From positions 8,053 through 72,052 of the IMG/VR virus record IMGVR_UViG_3300021399_000012: 64,000 nucleotides of DNA; one strand, 5' to 3'. Below are positions 17,433 through 27,200 of the stretch, piece after piece; the first letter of the stretch is position 1; the number at the start of each line of letters is the position of its first letter. Made by a program: the position numbers and the translations under genes. The notes below the pieces were generated by a model, which ran no database searches, had not been told where the DNA came from, and saw only the letters and a program-made list of their open reading frames with translations. The DNA is from a virus (lineage: Duplodnaviria > Caudoviricetes).

Positions 17433-17766
17433 AGATATTTTCATTTGGGTACGCGGGATTTCACTTTGCATAGCTGCAGTATGTGTTATATTTGGATTTT
17501 GTGTTCCGAATGTATTAGCAAAGGAATCTAAAAAGAATACAGTGAGAATAACTGAATATGACAATAAAATCATAGGTGACGATGCTGGCGGTATAATCGA
17601 TTTCACAGACCCAGAGACCGGAGTGTGCTACTTTATTTATAAGGATGGATATCATGGAATGGGTCAGGGTGGAATGACCGTGCGATACAATGCAGATGGC
17701 AGCATTATGGTTAGAGATGTTACTGTGATTGATAAAATAGAAGAGAAAGGAACTGGAGGTAAGTAA
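17413..17766 (+). CDS. Membrane-anchored or secreted protein, DUF6440-like (117 aa)
   Basis: DPETGVCY...GG.TVRYNADG motif. Confidence 0.65.
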   Translation: MKKDKIKDIFIWVRGISLCIAAVCVIFGFCVPNVLAKESKKNTVRITEYDNKIIGDDAGGIIDFTDPETGVCYFIYKDGYHGMGQGGMTVRYNADGSIMVRDVTVIDKIEEKGTGGK

Positions 17767-18051
17767 ATGAAGAAGAAAGTAATTAGTTTAGGTATTATTT
17801 TAACATTATGTGTTATGGTGCTCACAGGCTGCTCTGAGAAGACTAGAGCTAGAAACTTTGGTGGTAACGCTTCAATTGATTTAGAGCCAGGAGAAAAGCT
17901 TGAAGAGGTTACATGGAAAGACAGTAATCTCTGGATTCTCACAAGACCGATGAAAGACGGTGAGACTGCCGAGACATATAAATTCTCTGAGGATAGTGAA
18001 TTCGGTGTCCTCGAGGGAACTGTTACTATTATAGAGCATGAAGGAGAGTAG
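17767..18051 (+). CDS. Lipoprotein (94 aa)
   Basis: Signal peptide with LTGC lipobox. Confidence 0.8.
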   Translation: MKKKVISLGIILTLCVMVLTGCSEKTRARNFGGNASIDLEPGEKLEEVTWKDSNLWILTRPMKDGETAETYKFSEDSEFGVLEGTVTIIEHEGE

Positions 18052-18053
18052 AT

Positions 18054-18215
18054 ATGGATAAAGAACTTTATGTAATATCTTCTTTAGGTGGCGATTGGCA
18101 GAAGGCTGTTAAAATGACGAAAGAGGAAGCAAGAGCCATTGATTGGTTTATTGGACAAACTGATGTGGATTATTATATTCAGAACGCAAAAGAGATAGTG
18201 GAGGAAATAGAATAA
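18054..18215 (+). CDS. Small hypothetical protein (53 aa, not in ORF track)
   Basis: AAGGAG RBS; TAATG coupling to the next gene. Confidence 0.55.
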   Translation: MDKELYVISSLGGDWQKAVKMTKEEARAIDWFIGQTDVDYYIQNAKEIVEEIE

Positions 18216-18409
18216 TGATTAACTGGAATAAAGTTTTTACTAGTATAATAGCGTTTATTATCGTTATGGTTATCAGTTTCTTAGTTACAGCTGGGTTAAT
18301 CAAAGTACTTAGTTTATGCTTTGGTTTTGTATTTAGCTGGAAGCTGGCTTTAGGTATATGGGTGCTATTTATTCTAATAAAATGGCTACTTCCATCAAGT
18401 AAAAACTAA
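18215..18409 (+). CDS. Small membrane protein (64 aa)
   Basis: Two hydrophobic helices. Confidence 0.7.
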   Translation: MINWNKVFTSIIAFIIVMVISFLVTAGLIKVLSLCFGFVFSWKLALGIWVLFILIKWLLPSSKN

Positions 18410-18444
18410 ATAAGATTATATTTAAGAAAAGAGGTAAAAATATT

Positions 18445-18831
18445 ATGGAAAATTTAGAAAGATTCAAGGGTATGACAGTTGTTGCTAAGGATAGAGTTGG
18501 TAATGCACCATTTGGAGATGTTACATTAACTTACAATCCAAAGAGAACAGAGGTGTACATCGCTATTGATCGTGTTGCGTGCACAATTGCGTTCAAGCAC
18601 ATTGAGGATCTTCGTATTCTTCCAATTCTTGATTATAAGAATAAGAGATTATATCTGGTTCCTGATGAGCGTGGGTATGTTATGCGTGGTACCAAGACTA
18701 GCAAAAACAGCAGACTTAACTTTGCATCAACTCCATTGTTCACAGAGTTCAAGAAGCACAAGCTGTCTAGTAGTATTTCTGATTTAATATTTGATTCTAA
18801 GCTGAATGCTTATTATATTGAATTAAATTAG
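18445..18831 (+). CDS. Hypothetical protein (128 aa)
   Basis: GAGGT RBS. Confidence 0.75.
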   Translation: MENLERFKGMTVVAKDRVGNAPFGDVTLTYNPKRTEVYIAIDRVACTIAFKHIEDLRILPILDYKNKRLYLVPDERGYVMRGTKTSKNSRLNFASTPLFTEFKKHKLSSSISDLIFDSKLNAYYIELN

Positions 18832-18842
18832 GAGGTACCACC

Positions 18843-19031
18843 ATGTCTAAAACAAAAATATGTGATATATGTGGAGAACCAATGCACTACTATCCACGAT
18901 ATCAAATACGTCAGACTGCTTTAGGGTTTTTATCACAGGAAGAATACCTGAGTGACGTAAAAGATGTTTGCAATCCATGTTATAACAAGTTCATTAGATT
19001 TGTAGAAAAGGAGAGAAATAAAAATGAGTAG
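18843..19031 (+). CDS. Small zinc-finger protein (62 aa)
   Basis: CDICG...VCNPC; AGGAGG RBS. Confidence 0.75.
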   Translation: MSKTKICDICGEPMHYYPRYQIRQTALGFLSQEEYLSDVKDVCNPCYNKFIRFVEKERNKNE

Positions 19032-20082
19032 ATATATTATAGCTATACCAAAAGATCCAAGATTCGATAAGTATAAATATATAGCTGAAAGTGTTGCAGG
19101 ACCACGTTTTACCGATTGTGTTTTTGAAGCTATATGGTATGGATCTAGAGTTGCTGCTGAAATAGCAAAAGACAATTTATCAAGAGAGTATCATGCTATC
19201 GTTTTATCTCTTGAGAATACTATTGCGCAGATAGATAGAGAAAACGATTATAAGCCTTTCTATATCCTCCGCGATACATCAGATAATAGGATGGTGCGCA
19301 AAATAGCGACGCCGATGAGCATACCATTATTCACAGATGGTTTGAAGAATACTCTGAAGTTTGAGACTGTTGATGAGGCGATGGACGCTATAGATAATAT
19401 AAATAGACACACGAATAATACTTATGAGTTCATTGTCGAGATGCATCATTTTGATGAGTTCTATAAGGAGCGGTATGAGCATTCTGAGGAACCACAGTTT
19501 TTTATACATGGTGGTCGTGGAGGTGGAAAGACTTGGCTTGACGAGAACCCTAATATCGCTATACCAAATACTGTCACTATGCACTACACCGGACACAGTT
19601 CTATTAATTCTATTATATCAGCAAAGGAGATGTACAATATGTTTGGATCAACTTATCATTTACCAGAGATTAAGAAAGTTATATTCAGCAATTCAGTCAC
19701 TATTGTATTATGGAAGGATGGCACTAAGACCATCGTAAGATGCCAGGATGGCGAGACATTCGATCCTGAGAAGGGTCTGGGAATGGCGTTTATGAAGAAG
19801 GCATTCGGTAACAAGGGTAACTATTTTGACAAGGTGAGAAACCTGCTTAATAATGCTACCTATCAGAACGAGGAGGATCAGGCAGACCAGCAGGATCGTA
19901 AAGGCTGTAAGGACGATGTTCCTTTCGCTAAGAAGACAAAGAACGGTACTTACAAGTGCCCTCATTGTTCTAGATTCGTGCCTTCTAAAAGAATTGAGGG
20001 TAAGAAGGGTCCTTTCACATGCGATAAATGCGGTAAGAAATTTAATATCAACTGGGAAGGAGAATTAGATTATGAGTTTTAA
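19024..20082 (+). CDS. Multidomain hypothetical protein with C-terminal zinc ribbon (352 aa)
   Basis: IKKVIF...TIVLWKDGTKT.V.C...FDPEKG phage domain; CPHC...CDKC. Confidence 0.75.
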   Translation: MSRYIIAIPKDPRFDKYKYIAESVAGPRFTDCVFEAIWYGSRVAAEIAKDNLSREYHAIVLSLENTIAQIDRENDYKPFYILRDTSDNRMVRKIATPMSIPLFTDGLKNTLKFETVDEAMDAIDNINRHTNNTYEFIVEMHHFDEFYKERYEHSEEPQFFIHGGRGGGKTWLDENPNIAIPNTVTMHYTGHSSINSIISAKEMYNMFGSTYHLPEIKKVIFSNSVTIVLWKDGTKTIVRCQDGETFDPEKGLGMAFMKKAFGNKGNYFDKVRNLLNNATYQNEEDQADQQDRKGCKDDVPFAKKTKNGTYKCPHCSRFVPSKRIEGKKGPFTCDKCGKKFNINWEGELDYEF

Positions 20083-20377
20083 GGCGATACTTGTTGTGAT
20101 CATTGTTTTATCATTGGGCGTACTCTTTTGGCTTATTGCATTAACTGCAACTACGATTTCTACAGATCAAGCTAAAATGATTGCTGATTCTTGTGCAAAT
20201 GAACTTGAGTGGAAACTGCATGGTGAGATACACAAATTGAGTTATGATCAGCAATTATATCGTGAAGAACTCGACGAATTGAAGTCTGCTCTTAATGAAC
20301 AGGGTATCGCTACTGGTTATACAACTGAGAAGAAATTATATTATAAGGATAAGAAAGATGAACGAACCAACATGTGA
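20072..20377 (+). CDS. Membrane-anchored hypothetical protein (101 aa)
   Basis: Hydrophobic N-terminus. Confidence 0.7.
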   Translation: MSFKAILVVIIVLSLGVLFWLIALTATTISTDQAKMIADSCANELEWKLHGEIHKLSYDQQLYREELDELKSALNEQGIATGYTTEKKLYYKDKKDERTNM

Positions 20378-20552
20378 GAAATGCACGCATTATGATACTT
20401 ATCCTGGAATCTGTGGGTGGACAGAAAGAATCTGTGACATCCACGGAAACCTGGATTTTAAAGACATATCAGCGTGTGAAGATTTCGAAGATATGAATGA
20501 GAGAGTAACCGAAATTCTACACAAATACAATACATCAAAGAGGACACTATGA
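20358..20552 (+). CDS. Small Cys-rich protein (64 aa)
   Basis: CEKC..Y....C......C pattern. Confidence 0.6.
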   Translation: MNEPTCEKCTHYDTYPGICGWTERICDIHGNLDFKDISACEDFEDMNERVTEILHKYNTSKRTL

Positions 20553-20649
20553 ACTGGAAAAGAAACTTATTAACAATAATTGAATTAATTATATTTGCAG
20601 GCATTTGTTATGGTGTTCATTTATATACACATTATCTGGGAGGACATCT

Positions 20650-20979
20650 ATGAGAGAATACACATCTATAGAAGAACTAAAGTCATGGCTAAAAAAGAGA
20701 AAGAGCTTAAAGAGTCTAATACCTTATGAAGACATCATAACATATTTAGACTCTAAGCCTCCTCTCAGAATAAGAGATGATGATGCCAAGAAACTATTAG
20801 TAAAGTACAGACCGGCAGAACCAAGAAAAGACTACACATACACCATAAACGAAATAACATTCGACACGTATGAGGAGTTTGCTGATTGGTTGAACTGGGC
20901 AAACGATGAAGACTCAATAGGTTACATTATTATATTAAGTATAACGGAGGTGCCGAAAGATGGAGGATCTACGCAATAA
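20650..20979 (+). CDS. Hypothetical protein (109 aa)
   Basis: GGAGG RBS favours ATG 20650. Confidence 0.7.
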   Translation: MREYTSIEELKSWLKKRKSLKSLIPYEDIITYLDSKPPLRIRDDDAKKLLVKYRPAEPRKDYTYTINEITFDTYEEFADWLNWANDEDSIGYIIILSITEVPKDGGSTQ

Positions 20980-21092
20980 ATTAGATGAAGTCACTGCCAC
21001 AATAGCAAATAATTACAAATTGAGCGAAGCGTATACATCAGAGATTATACAAAATAGTCTGGACGCAATAACAAACAAGGAGGAAAAGAAAG

Positions 21093-21374
21093 ATGAATAA
21101 ACCAACATTTGAAAGTTTAATGGATATGAATGCTAAGGAGTTATCAGATCTCAAACGTAAGACCTGGGATGCTGTGGATATTATGAGAAATTATAAGACA
21201 ATGACCGGTGGATCTACAAAGCCATCATTAATTGCTTTCGACTATGTAAACATCATTAAGTCAGGAATTGGTGCTTTCAGTTGTATCGGGGCAGCAACTA
21301 TCGGTTTCTTAGCCGTTAAGTATTACACAGATAAGAAGTACAAGGAGAACGAAAAGGTTGATGATAGGAGATGA
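21093..21374 (+). CDS. Hypothetical membrane protein (93 aa)
   Basis: AAGGAGG RBS; hydrophobic segment. Confidence 0.7.
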   Translation: MNKPTFESLMDMNAKELSDLKRKTWDAVDIMRNYKTMTGGSTKPSLIAFDYVNIIKSGIGAFSCIGAATIGFLAVKYYTDKKYKENEKVDDRR

Positions 21375-21448
21375 TCGAGTCGTTGGTATGATTTCATTAC
21401 TAGTACTGATGGCATGCTACTTTATATTTAAGAAGGAGGACTGATCAT

Positions 21449-21757
21449 ATGGAAAACGAAAAAACATTAATGAGACATACAGCAGAAGTGGACGTTCCAG
21501 TACAGGTTACTGTAGACAATATCCAGGAGAAAGTAAAAGAAATAATTGGCTGCGATGATCCTGTAGGTCATTATATCCAATATACTCAGAAATATGCAAA
21601 TGCAAATATAGATGATAAGTATACCGGAACAATAGTTGCTGAATATGAGCATCTATATGTTATGGAAGCTCAATTGCCTGAGAATAGAGTATTATCTATT
21701 TGTATTAACAAGGCTGACATAGCATGCGGAAAGGCTATAGTTAAGGTGTTAGATTAA
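21449..21757 (+). CDS. Hypothetical protein (102 aa)
   Basis: AAGGAGG RBS. Confidence 0.7.
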   Translation: MENEKTLMRHTAEVDVPVQVTVDNIQEKVKEIIGCDDPVGHYIQYTQKYANANIDDKYTGTIVAEYEHLYVMEAQLPENRVLSICINKADIACGKAIVKVLD

Positions 21758-21937
21758 ATGACAGCTATTTTATATGTATTTTTAATATGTGTCATGTTAT
21801 TAGCATTTGTTCCTATTGGAATATTTGTAGGCTTTGTTATTAAGACTTTCTGGTATTATATTTGGAAACTTGCGATTTTTGCTGTATTATTAGCTGGGGT
21901 AATATATCTATTTAATATGTTAGGAGTGCTTATATGA
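21758..21937 (+). CDS. Small membrane protein (59 aa, not in ORF track)
   Basis: Abuts the upstream stop; ATGA overlap with the XRE gene; very hydrophobic. Confidence 0.6.
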   Translation: MTAILYVFLICVMLLAFVPIGIFVGFVIKTFWYYIWKLAIFAVLLAGVIYLFNMLGVLI

Positions 21938-22122
21938 ATAAATTGAAAGATATTTTAGAAGATCGATGTATGACTCAGCGTAAACTCAGTGACAAAACTG
22001 GTATATCTGAGATCACTATTTCACGCTATGTTAACGGTAAAAGGACACCTAATGTGCGTGAAGCTATGTTAATTGCACGGGCTTTAAATGTGTCAGTAGA
22101 CACTATTTGGCCTGCAGAATAG
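21934..22122 (+). CDS. XRE/Cro-family HTH regulator (62 aa)
   Basis: MTQRKLSDKTGISEITISRYVNGKRTP...IARALNVSVD. Confidence 0.9.
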   Translation: MNKLKDILEDRCMTQRKLSDKTGISEITISRYVNGKRTPNVREAMLIARALNVSVDTIWPAE

Positions 22123-22130
22123 GTAAATTA

Positions 22131-22164
22131 TGGTCTCCTGGCTGGTGCTGGGAGACTATTTTTT
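22131..22164 (+). terminator. Intrinsic terminator
   Basis: TGGTCTCCTGGC/GCTGGGAGACTA stem followed by T6. Confidence 0.75.
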
Positions 22165-22189
22165 ATCGTTTTTTCTTCAATTTCTATTA

Positions 22190-22500
22190 TTTTTTTTCTG
22201 ACACTTTTCTGACACTTTTGTATTTTTTGTCATTTTTCTGACACTTTTCTGAAAAATCTGACAGAAATGGGAGTAATTTTAGGGTGTACGGACGGTAAAA
22301 AATGACAAATTTCTGACACTTTTTGCCATTTCTGACACTTTTCTGACACTTTTTTTTCAAAAATGACAAAGCGGAAAGCCTTGCTGGGAGCGGGTTTCAG
22401 CGATTTTCTGACACTTTGTCACTTTTTTCTTTAATTTACTCACGAAAAAAAAAATTAATAATATATAGTAATTTGCCAGAAAAAGTGACAAAATGACAAA
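22190..22500. repeat. Non-coding TCTGACAC/TGACA repeat array (candidate replication origin or operator cluster)
   Basis: TCTGACAC at 22197, 22208, 22237, 22312, 22331, 22342 and 22407, plus several TGACA/TGTCA cores; AT-rich stretch at about 22425-22475. Confidence 0.8.
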
Positions 22501-22531
22501 ACTTGTCCGGGAAGGCCCAAAACTTGCCATT

Positions 22532-22557
22532 CGTTATATTTTCAGCGACATATATGG
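22532..22557 (+). promoter_or_regulatory. Promoter-like motif copy 9
   Basis: CGTTATATTTTCAGCGACATATATGG. Confidence 0.7.
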
Positions 22558-22585
22558 AAAATATGTCTGTAAGGAGGTAAACAGT

Positions 22586-22897
22586 ATGAAAGTATTTATT
22601 ATTTATATGATTATCGGTATGGTGATCATAGTGGCACAGGAAATAATAATTGATAGTGTGTTATATGGTATAAGGAATTTCAAGACTGTATTTCGGTATA
22701 CACGTAATGTATTCAAAACAGAAATGTGGAAACTGAATACTATTGAAAAAGTTATAACATATATAGTACTAGCATTATGGTTTCTAGTATGGCCTACTAT
22801 GATAATATGGATCATTATCCGAGATATCAGGATAATAAAGAGCGGAAATTTAATTACATTGGAACAGATACTTTCCGAAGAACAGGATGAGTCTTAA
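22586..22897 (+). CDS. Membrane protein (103 aa)
   Basis: AAGGAGG RBS favours ATG 22586; two hydrophobic segments. Confidence 0.7.
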   Translation: MKVFIIYMIIGMVIIVAQEIIIDSVLYGIRNFKTVFRYTRNVFKTEMWKLNTIEKVITYIVLALWFLVWPTMIIWIIIRDIRIIKSGNLITLEQILSEEQDES

Positions 22898-22917
22898 TTG
22901 ACTCTCCTTTTCTTTTT

Positions 22918-22943
22918 CGCATTATCTTCAGGTGGATATATAG
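22918..22943 (+). promoter_or_regulatory. Promoter-like motif copy 10 (preceded by hairpin GAGTC-TTAATT-GACTC and a T-run)
   Basis: CGCATTATCTTCAGGTGGATATATAG. Confidence 0.75.
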
Positions 22944-22956
22944 GAGGTGAAGTATT

Positions 22957-23160
22957 ATGAACAAAATAACAAAGATACTCACAAGTCTGGATATGATGAA
23001 AGATGATCACATGAGAAAGAAAGAACAGAGAAGAAGAGAATACATGGAAGCTATGGAGAGCATAGCAAAAGGAAAAGTAGAACTTCCAGATCTGTTTGAT
23101 AAGAAGTTAACTCATGAGATTAACAAAATCAATGAGGCGTGTGAGCGAAATAAAAAGTAA
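22957..23160 (+). CDS. Hypothetical protein (67 aa)
   Basis: AGGAGGTG RBS. Confidence 0.7.
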   Translation: MNKITKILTSLDMMKDDHMRKKEQRRREYMEAMESIAKGKVELPDLFDKKLTHEINKINEACERNKK

Positions 23161-23241
23161 ATATTAAACCAAGTATAGATCGTGATAATTTCATGGTCTA
23201 TATTTTTTTTTTGTCATTTTTCGACTTGCCAATCGTTACAA

Positions 23242-23267
23242 CGCGAAAATTTCAACCCCTAATATGA
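23242..23267 (+). promoter_or_regulatory. Promoter-like motif copy 11 (upstream of the nuclease-RNAP operon)
   Basis: CGCGAAAATTTCAACCCCTAATATGA. Confidence 0.65.
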
Positions 23268-23351
23268 GAGGAGAATAAAAATAGTCCGTTATTTTATAGA
23301 CTATTATATTCAGCCTCTTAATTTTTTGTTTACTGGGGGAACAATGCTGAT

Positions 23352-23672
23352 ATGAAAAACGAAAATAAATTTCAATCAGAGCTAATCGAAGAACTAAAAT
23401 CTTTATTTCCTGGATGCATTGTCCTGAAAAACGATCCTAATTATATTCAAGGTATACCAGATCTATTAGTGTTATACAAAAAGAAATGGGCTGCCTTAGA
23501 ATGTAAGAAAACAAAAAATGCAAAGCATAGACCTAATCAAGATTATTATGTTGATAAAATGTCTAAGATGTCATATGCAAATTTTGTTTATCCAGAAAAT
23601 AAGGAGGTAGTGTTAAGTGATCTGGAAAAATCATTCAAACCTAACAGGAAGACACGCAAAACTAAGTCCTAG
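23352..23672 (+). CDS. VRR-NUC-type PD-(D/E)xK nuclease (putative resolvase)
   Basis: E..FQ...GIPDL......ALECK. Confidence 0.8.
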   Translation: MKNENKFQSELIEELKSLFPGCIVLKNDPNYIQGIPDLLVLYKKKWAALECKKTKNAKHRPNQDYYVDKMSKMSYANFVYPENKEVVLSDLEKSFKPNRKTRKTKS

Positions 23673-24252
23673 TCAATCAGCTAGATGGGCTACAAAAGAT
23701 TTGGATAATGACGCCGTCTTTAAGATGATCAATTCTGGTTATTCTCAAGAGATCGGAACGTTACTGCATGAATACGCAGAACAATGTATCCGCTTTTCTT
23801 TAAAGATGACTAAGTATTCAAAGAGAGATGTTTTGAAGCATCTATTAATTAACAGGATTCCCAGAAACGTTGCTAACGAATATGTAGAAAGATGTTTTGA
23901 TAATCTTTTACTATATGTTAATGATGCTATTGGTTTCAGAATGGATCCTGAAGTAATATTATGGTATTCCGATTATATTTTTGGAACAGCAGATGCCATA
24001 ATGTTCAGAGATAACAAATTACAAATCCATGATTTAAAAACTGGAATAACTCCAGCACACATGGAACAATTATTAACATATGCAGCTCTATTCTGCTTAG
24101 AGTATAAAATTAAACCTGCAGACATTGATATAGAGTTGAGAATATATCAGTTAGAGGAGGTTATAGTCCATAAACCGGAAACAGATGAGATCGTTCCGAT
24201 TATAGACAAAATAGTCACATACAACAAGTGGCTGACTAAAGACTTAGATTAA
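23617..24252 (+). CDS. PD-(D/E)xK exonuclease-like protein (Cas4/DUF2800-like)
   Basis: HAKLSPS, GTLLHEYAE, FGTADAI, IHDLKTG. Confidence 0.75.
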   Translation: MIWKNHSNLTGRHAKLSPSQSARWATKDLDNDAVFKMINSGYSQEIGTLLHEYAEQCIRFSLKMTKYSKRDVLKHLLINRIPRNVANEYVERCFDNLLLYVNDAIGFRMDPEVILWYSDYIFGTADAIMFRDNKLQIHDLKTGITPAHMEQLLTYAALFCLEYKIKPADIDIELRIYQLEEVIVHKPETDEIVPIIDKIVTYNKWLTKDLD

Positions 24253-24272
24253 CAATTTGGAGGAACTAGATC

Positions 24273-27200
24273 ATGGAAGAATTCTTTGATGATGATTTTG
24301 AAGAAGATTCAGAAGAATCGTTAATGCATTATGGCACTAAACGACATTCGGGAAGATACAAGTATGGATCTGGTGAGAATCCATATCAGCACGAAGCGTG
24401 GTTTGTGTGGAATTACAACACTATAAAAAAGAATAATTTTGGTATTAGCGATGATGATATCAGAAAAGCCATGGGATACACCGGCAATGGTGGAAAGGCT
24501 AAATTTAATAGAGAAAAAGAAAGAGCATTTGACAATATAAAGGATATTGCAGATGTTATCATGCAGAAAGAAGGTTATACTAGAGATTCAGAAGTTGCGA
24601 GAGCACTTGGTATGAGTTCAGGAGACCTTCGAGCATTAAAAGGTATAGCGAAAGCTAAACAAAATGAGGACCTTATGAGACGTAACTTACAGCTCGTAGA
24701 GCATGGTTACAGTTCTAGAAATAAAAGAGCGGAAATGCTCGGTATTCCAGAATCCACTTTAAGAAATATGGAAAAAGATGGATATATGGAAAGAAATTCT
24801 AAAGCATACAATGTTGCTGAAGAAATGAAGAAGTACATCAAAGATGATAAATCTTATTATGATGTCGGAAAAGGTATTAATTATTCATTGAACGTTTCTG
24901 AACACACGATGCAAGAAGCCCTTACAATTCTGAAGAATCAAGGTTACGGTGTTCATAACATACAGGTTCCTCAGGCCACAAATCCTGATCAGAAGACTAC
25001 GGTTTCCGTATTAGGTCCTCAAGGGGCTTCTTGGGCTGATACGATGAAGAATCAGAATAATATCAGCACTTTTGATATGTATTTTAATGATGATGGAAAA
25101 ACTAGAAGAGGCATCTATGAGCCAAAATCTATAGATTCATCTAGAATTAAGATACATTATGGTGATGAGCAGTTCCAGGGTACTTTAGGTACTGATATGG
25201 ATGGTGTTATACAGCTTCGTAGAGGAGTTGGAGACATATCATTAGGAAAAGCGTCATACGCTCAGGTTCGTATCATGGTTGATGGTACGCATTACTTAAA
25301 AGGTATGGCTATCTATTCTGATAATATGCCTGCTGGAAAAGACATCATCTTTAATACTAATAAGCCTAGTGGAACACCAGCTTCTAAAGTATTCAAAAGC
25401 TTAAAGACAGTCGACATCAAAGATGCGAATGGTAATGTTATCAAAACAGAAATTGATAAAGATAATCCTTTTGGAGCAAATATTAAAGCTGGTGGACAGA
25501 ACTTCTATAAAAATAAAAATGGTGAATATGTCCAGACATCTATTGATAATTTTGAGAAAGCAACAGCATCTAATATTAAGAAAAGTATAGATGGTGAAAG
25601 ATACTCATTATCTGCTGCGAATATTATCAAAGAAGAAGGAGATTGGAATCATTATCAAAAGAAGTTGGCTTCTCAGTTCTTATCTAAGCAGCCTATGGAA
25701 CTCATTAACAAACAGCTGAATTTAACATATGCTGACAAGAATGCTGAATTTGAAGAAATTAAGAGTTTAACAAACCCTACTATCAAAAGAAAACTTCTTG
25801 CAGACTTCGCTGAATCATGTGATAAAGCAGCTGTTGATTTAAAAGTAGCAGCTTTACCAGGACAAACAGCTAAAGTAATATTGCCTGTTACTGATCTTAA
25901 AGAAGGTGAATGCTATTGTCCTACTTATAAAGATGGTACTTATTTGGCATTGGTTAGATATCCACATGCTGGAACTTTCGAAATTCCTATTGTTAAAGTT
26001 AATAATAAGAACAAGCAAGGTCAATCTATAGTTGGTCCAAATGCGCAGGATGCTATCGGAATATCTGCAAAAGATGCAGAACAGCTTTCAGGAGCTGATT
26101 TTGATGGCGATACTGTAGTTTGTCTACCTACAACTAGAAAGCCTACAGCTAATGGTATCTATATTGCTAGTAGAAAGCCATTTGAATCTTTAAAGAACTT
26201 CTCTACAAATGAGTATGCTATCTCTGATGAAAGATTCAAAGCTACTGGAGAGTACATTTTAGGAAAGAATCCTTTAAAGACAGATACTGAGAAAGTAGCT
26301 AATCTTAAGAACAAGATAGCAAACGGTTATAAGCCTACTGAAGCCGACTTTATAGAAGTTGGTAAAGAAAAGCTTGTTATGACTGAAGATGCTAAGCAAA
26401 AGCAAATGGGTGTTGTATCTAACCTTATTACAGATATGACGTTAAAAGGTGCATCTCCAGATGAATTAGCAAGAGCTACAAAGGCTTCAATGGTCGTAAT
26501 CGATGCTGTAAAGCATGAACTTGATTACAAGCAAGCATATGAAGATTGCCGAATTCCTGAGTTAAAGAAGATCTATCAGAAAGAGTACAATGAAGAAACT
26601 GGTGAAACAACTGGTGGTGCTTCTACATTGATATCACGTTCTAAGTCAGAAGTGAGAATCAAAGAAAGAAAAGAAGGCTCTACTGATTACATTGATCCTA
26701 AAACAGGAGAAAAAGGAAAGGCTCGTATGTATTACGATCCGAATACCGGTAAGCGTATCTATACTGAGACTGGTAGAACCTATACCGATAAGAATGGTAA
26801 CGAGGTGGAGGCTCTTCAGAAAGTAACCCGTATGGCCTATGCGGACGATGCCATGGACCTGGTATCCCAAATGGGTACTCAACAGGAAAAGGCATATGCA
26901 AGATATGCAAATGCACTTAAAGAGATGGCTAGAGAAAGTAGAAAAGAACTCTACAAGACCGACCGTGCCGTATACGATAAGGATGCTAAAGAAAAGTATG
27001 CCATCCAGGTAGAAAGACTACAGTCTAAGCTAGAATTAGCAGTTGCTAACTCCCCTAGAGAAAGACAGGCCCAGATAGATGCTAATAAGACTATCAAGGA
27101 GGCCATTCAGAGAGATCCTTCTCTTAAAGATGACAAAGAGCATAATGCTAGACTTAGACAACAAGCCATAGCGGCATCCCGGGATAAGTATGGGGCCAAA

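Noticed and set aside
21934-22122. Lysogeny module around the XRE gene
   Set aside because: No integrase, divergent repressor pair or att-like site is visible. Lifestyle cannot be decided because the genome extends beyond the window.
22187-22369. Minus-strand 60-aa ORF with KKCQK repeats
   Set aside because: It is the translation of the TCTGACAC DNA array, with no RBS and opposite to all other genes.
23617-24252. Cas4 as part of a CRISPR adaptation module
   Set aside because: It is a stand-alone PD-(D/E)xK nuclease typical of phage recombination modules, with no Cas1/Cas2 or array.
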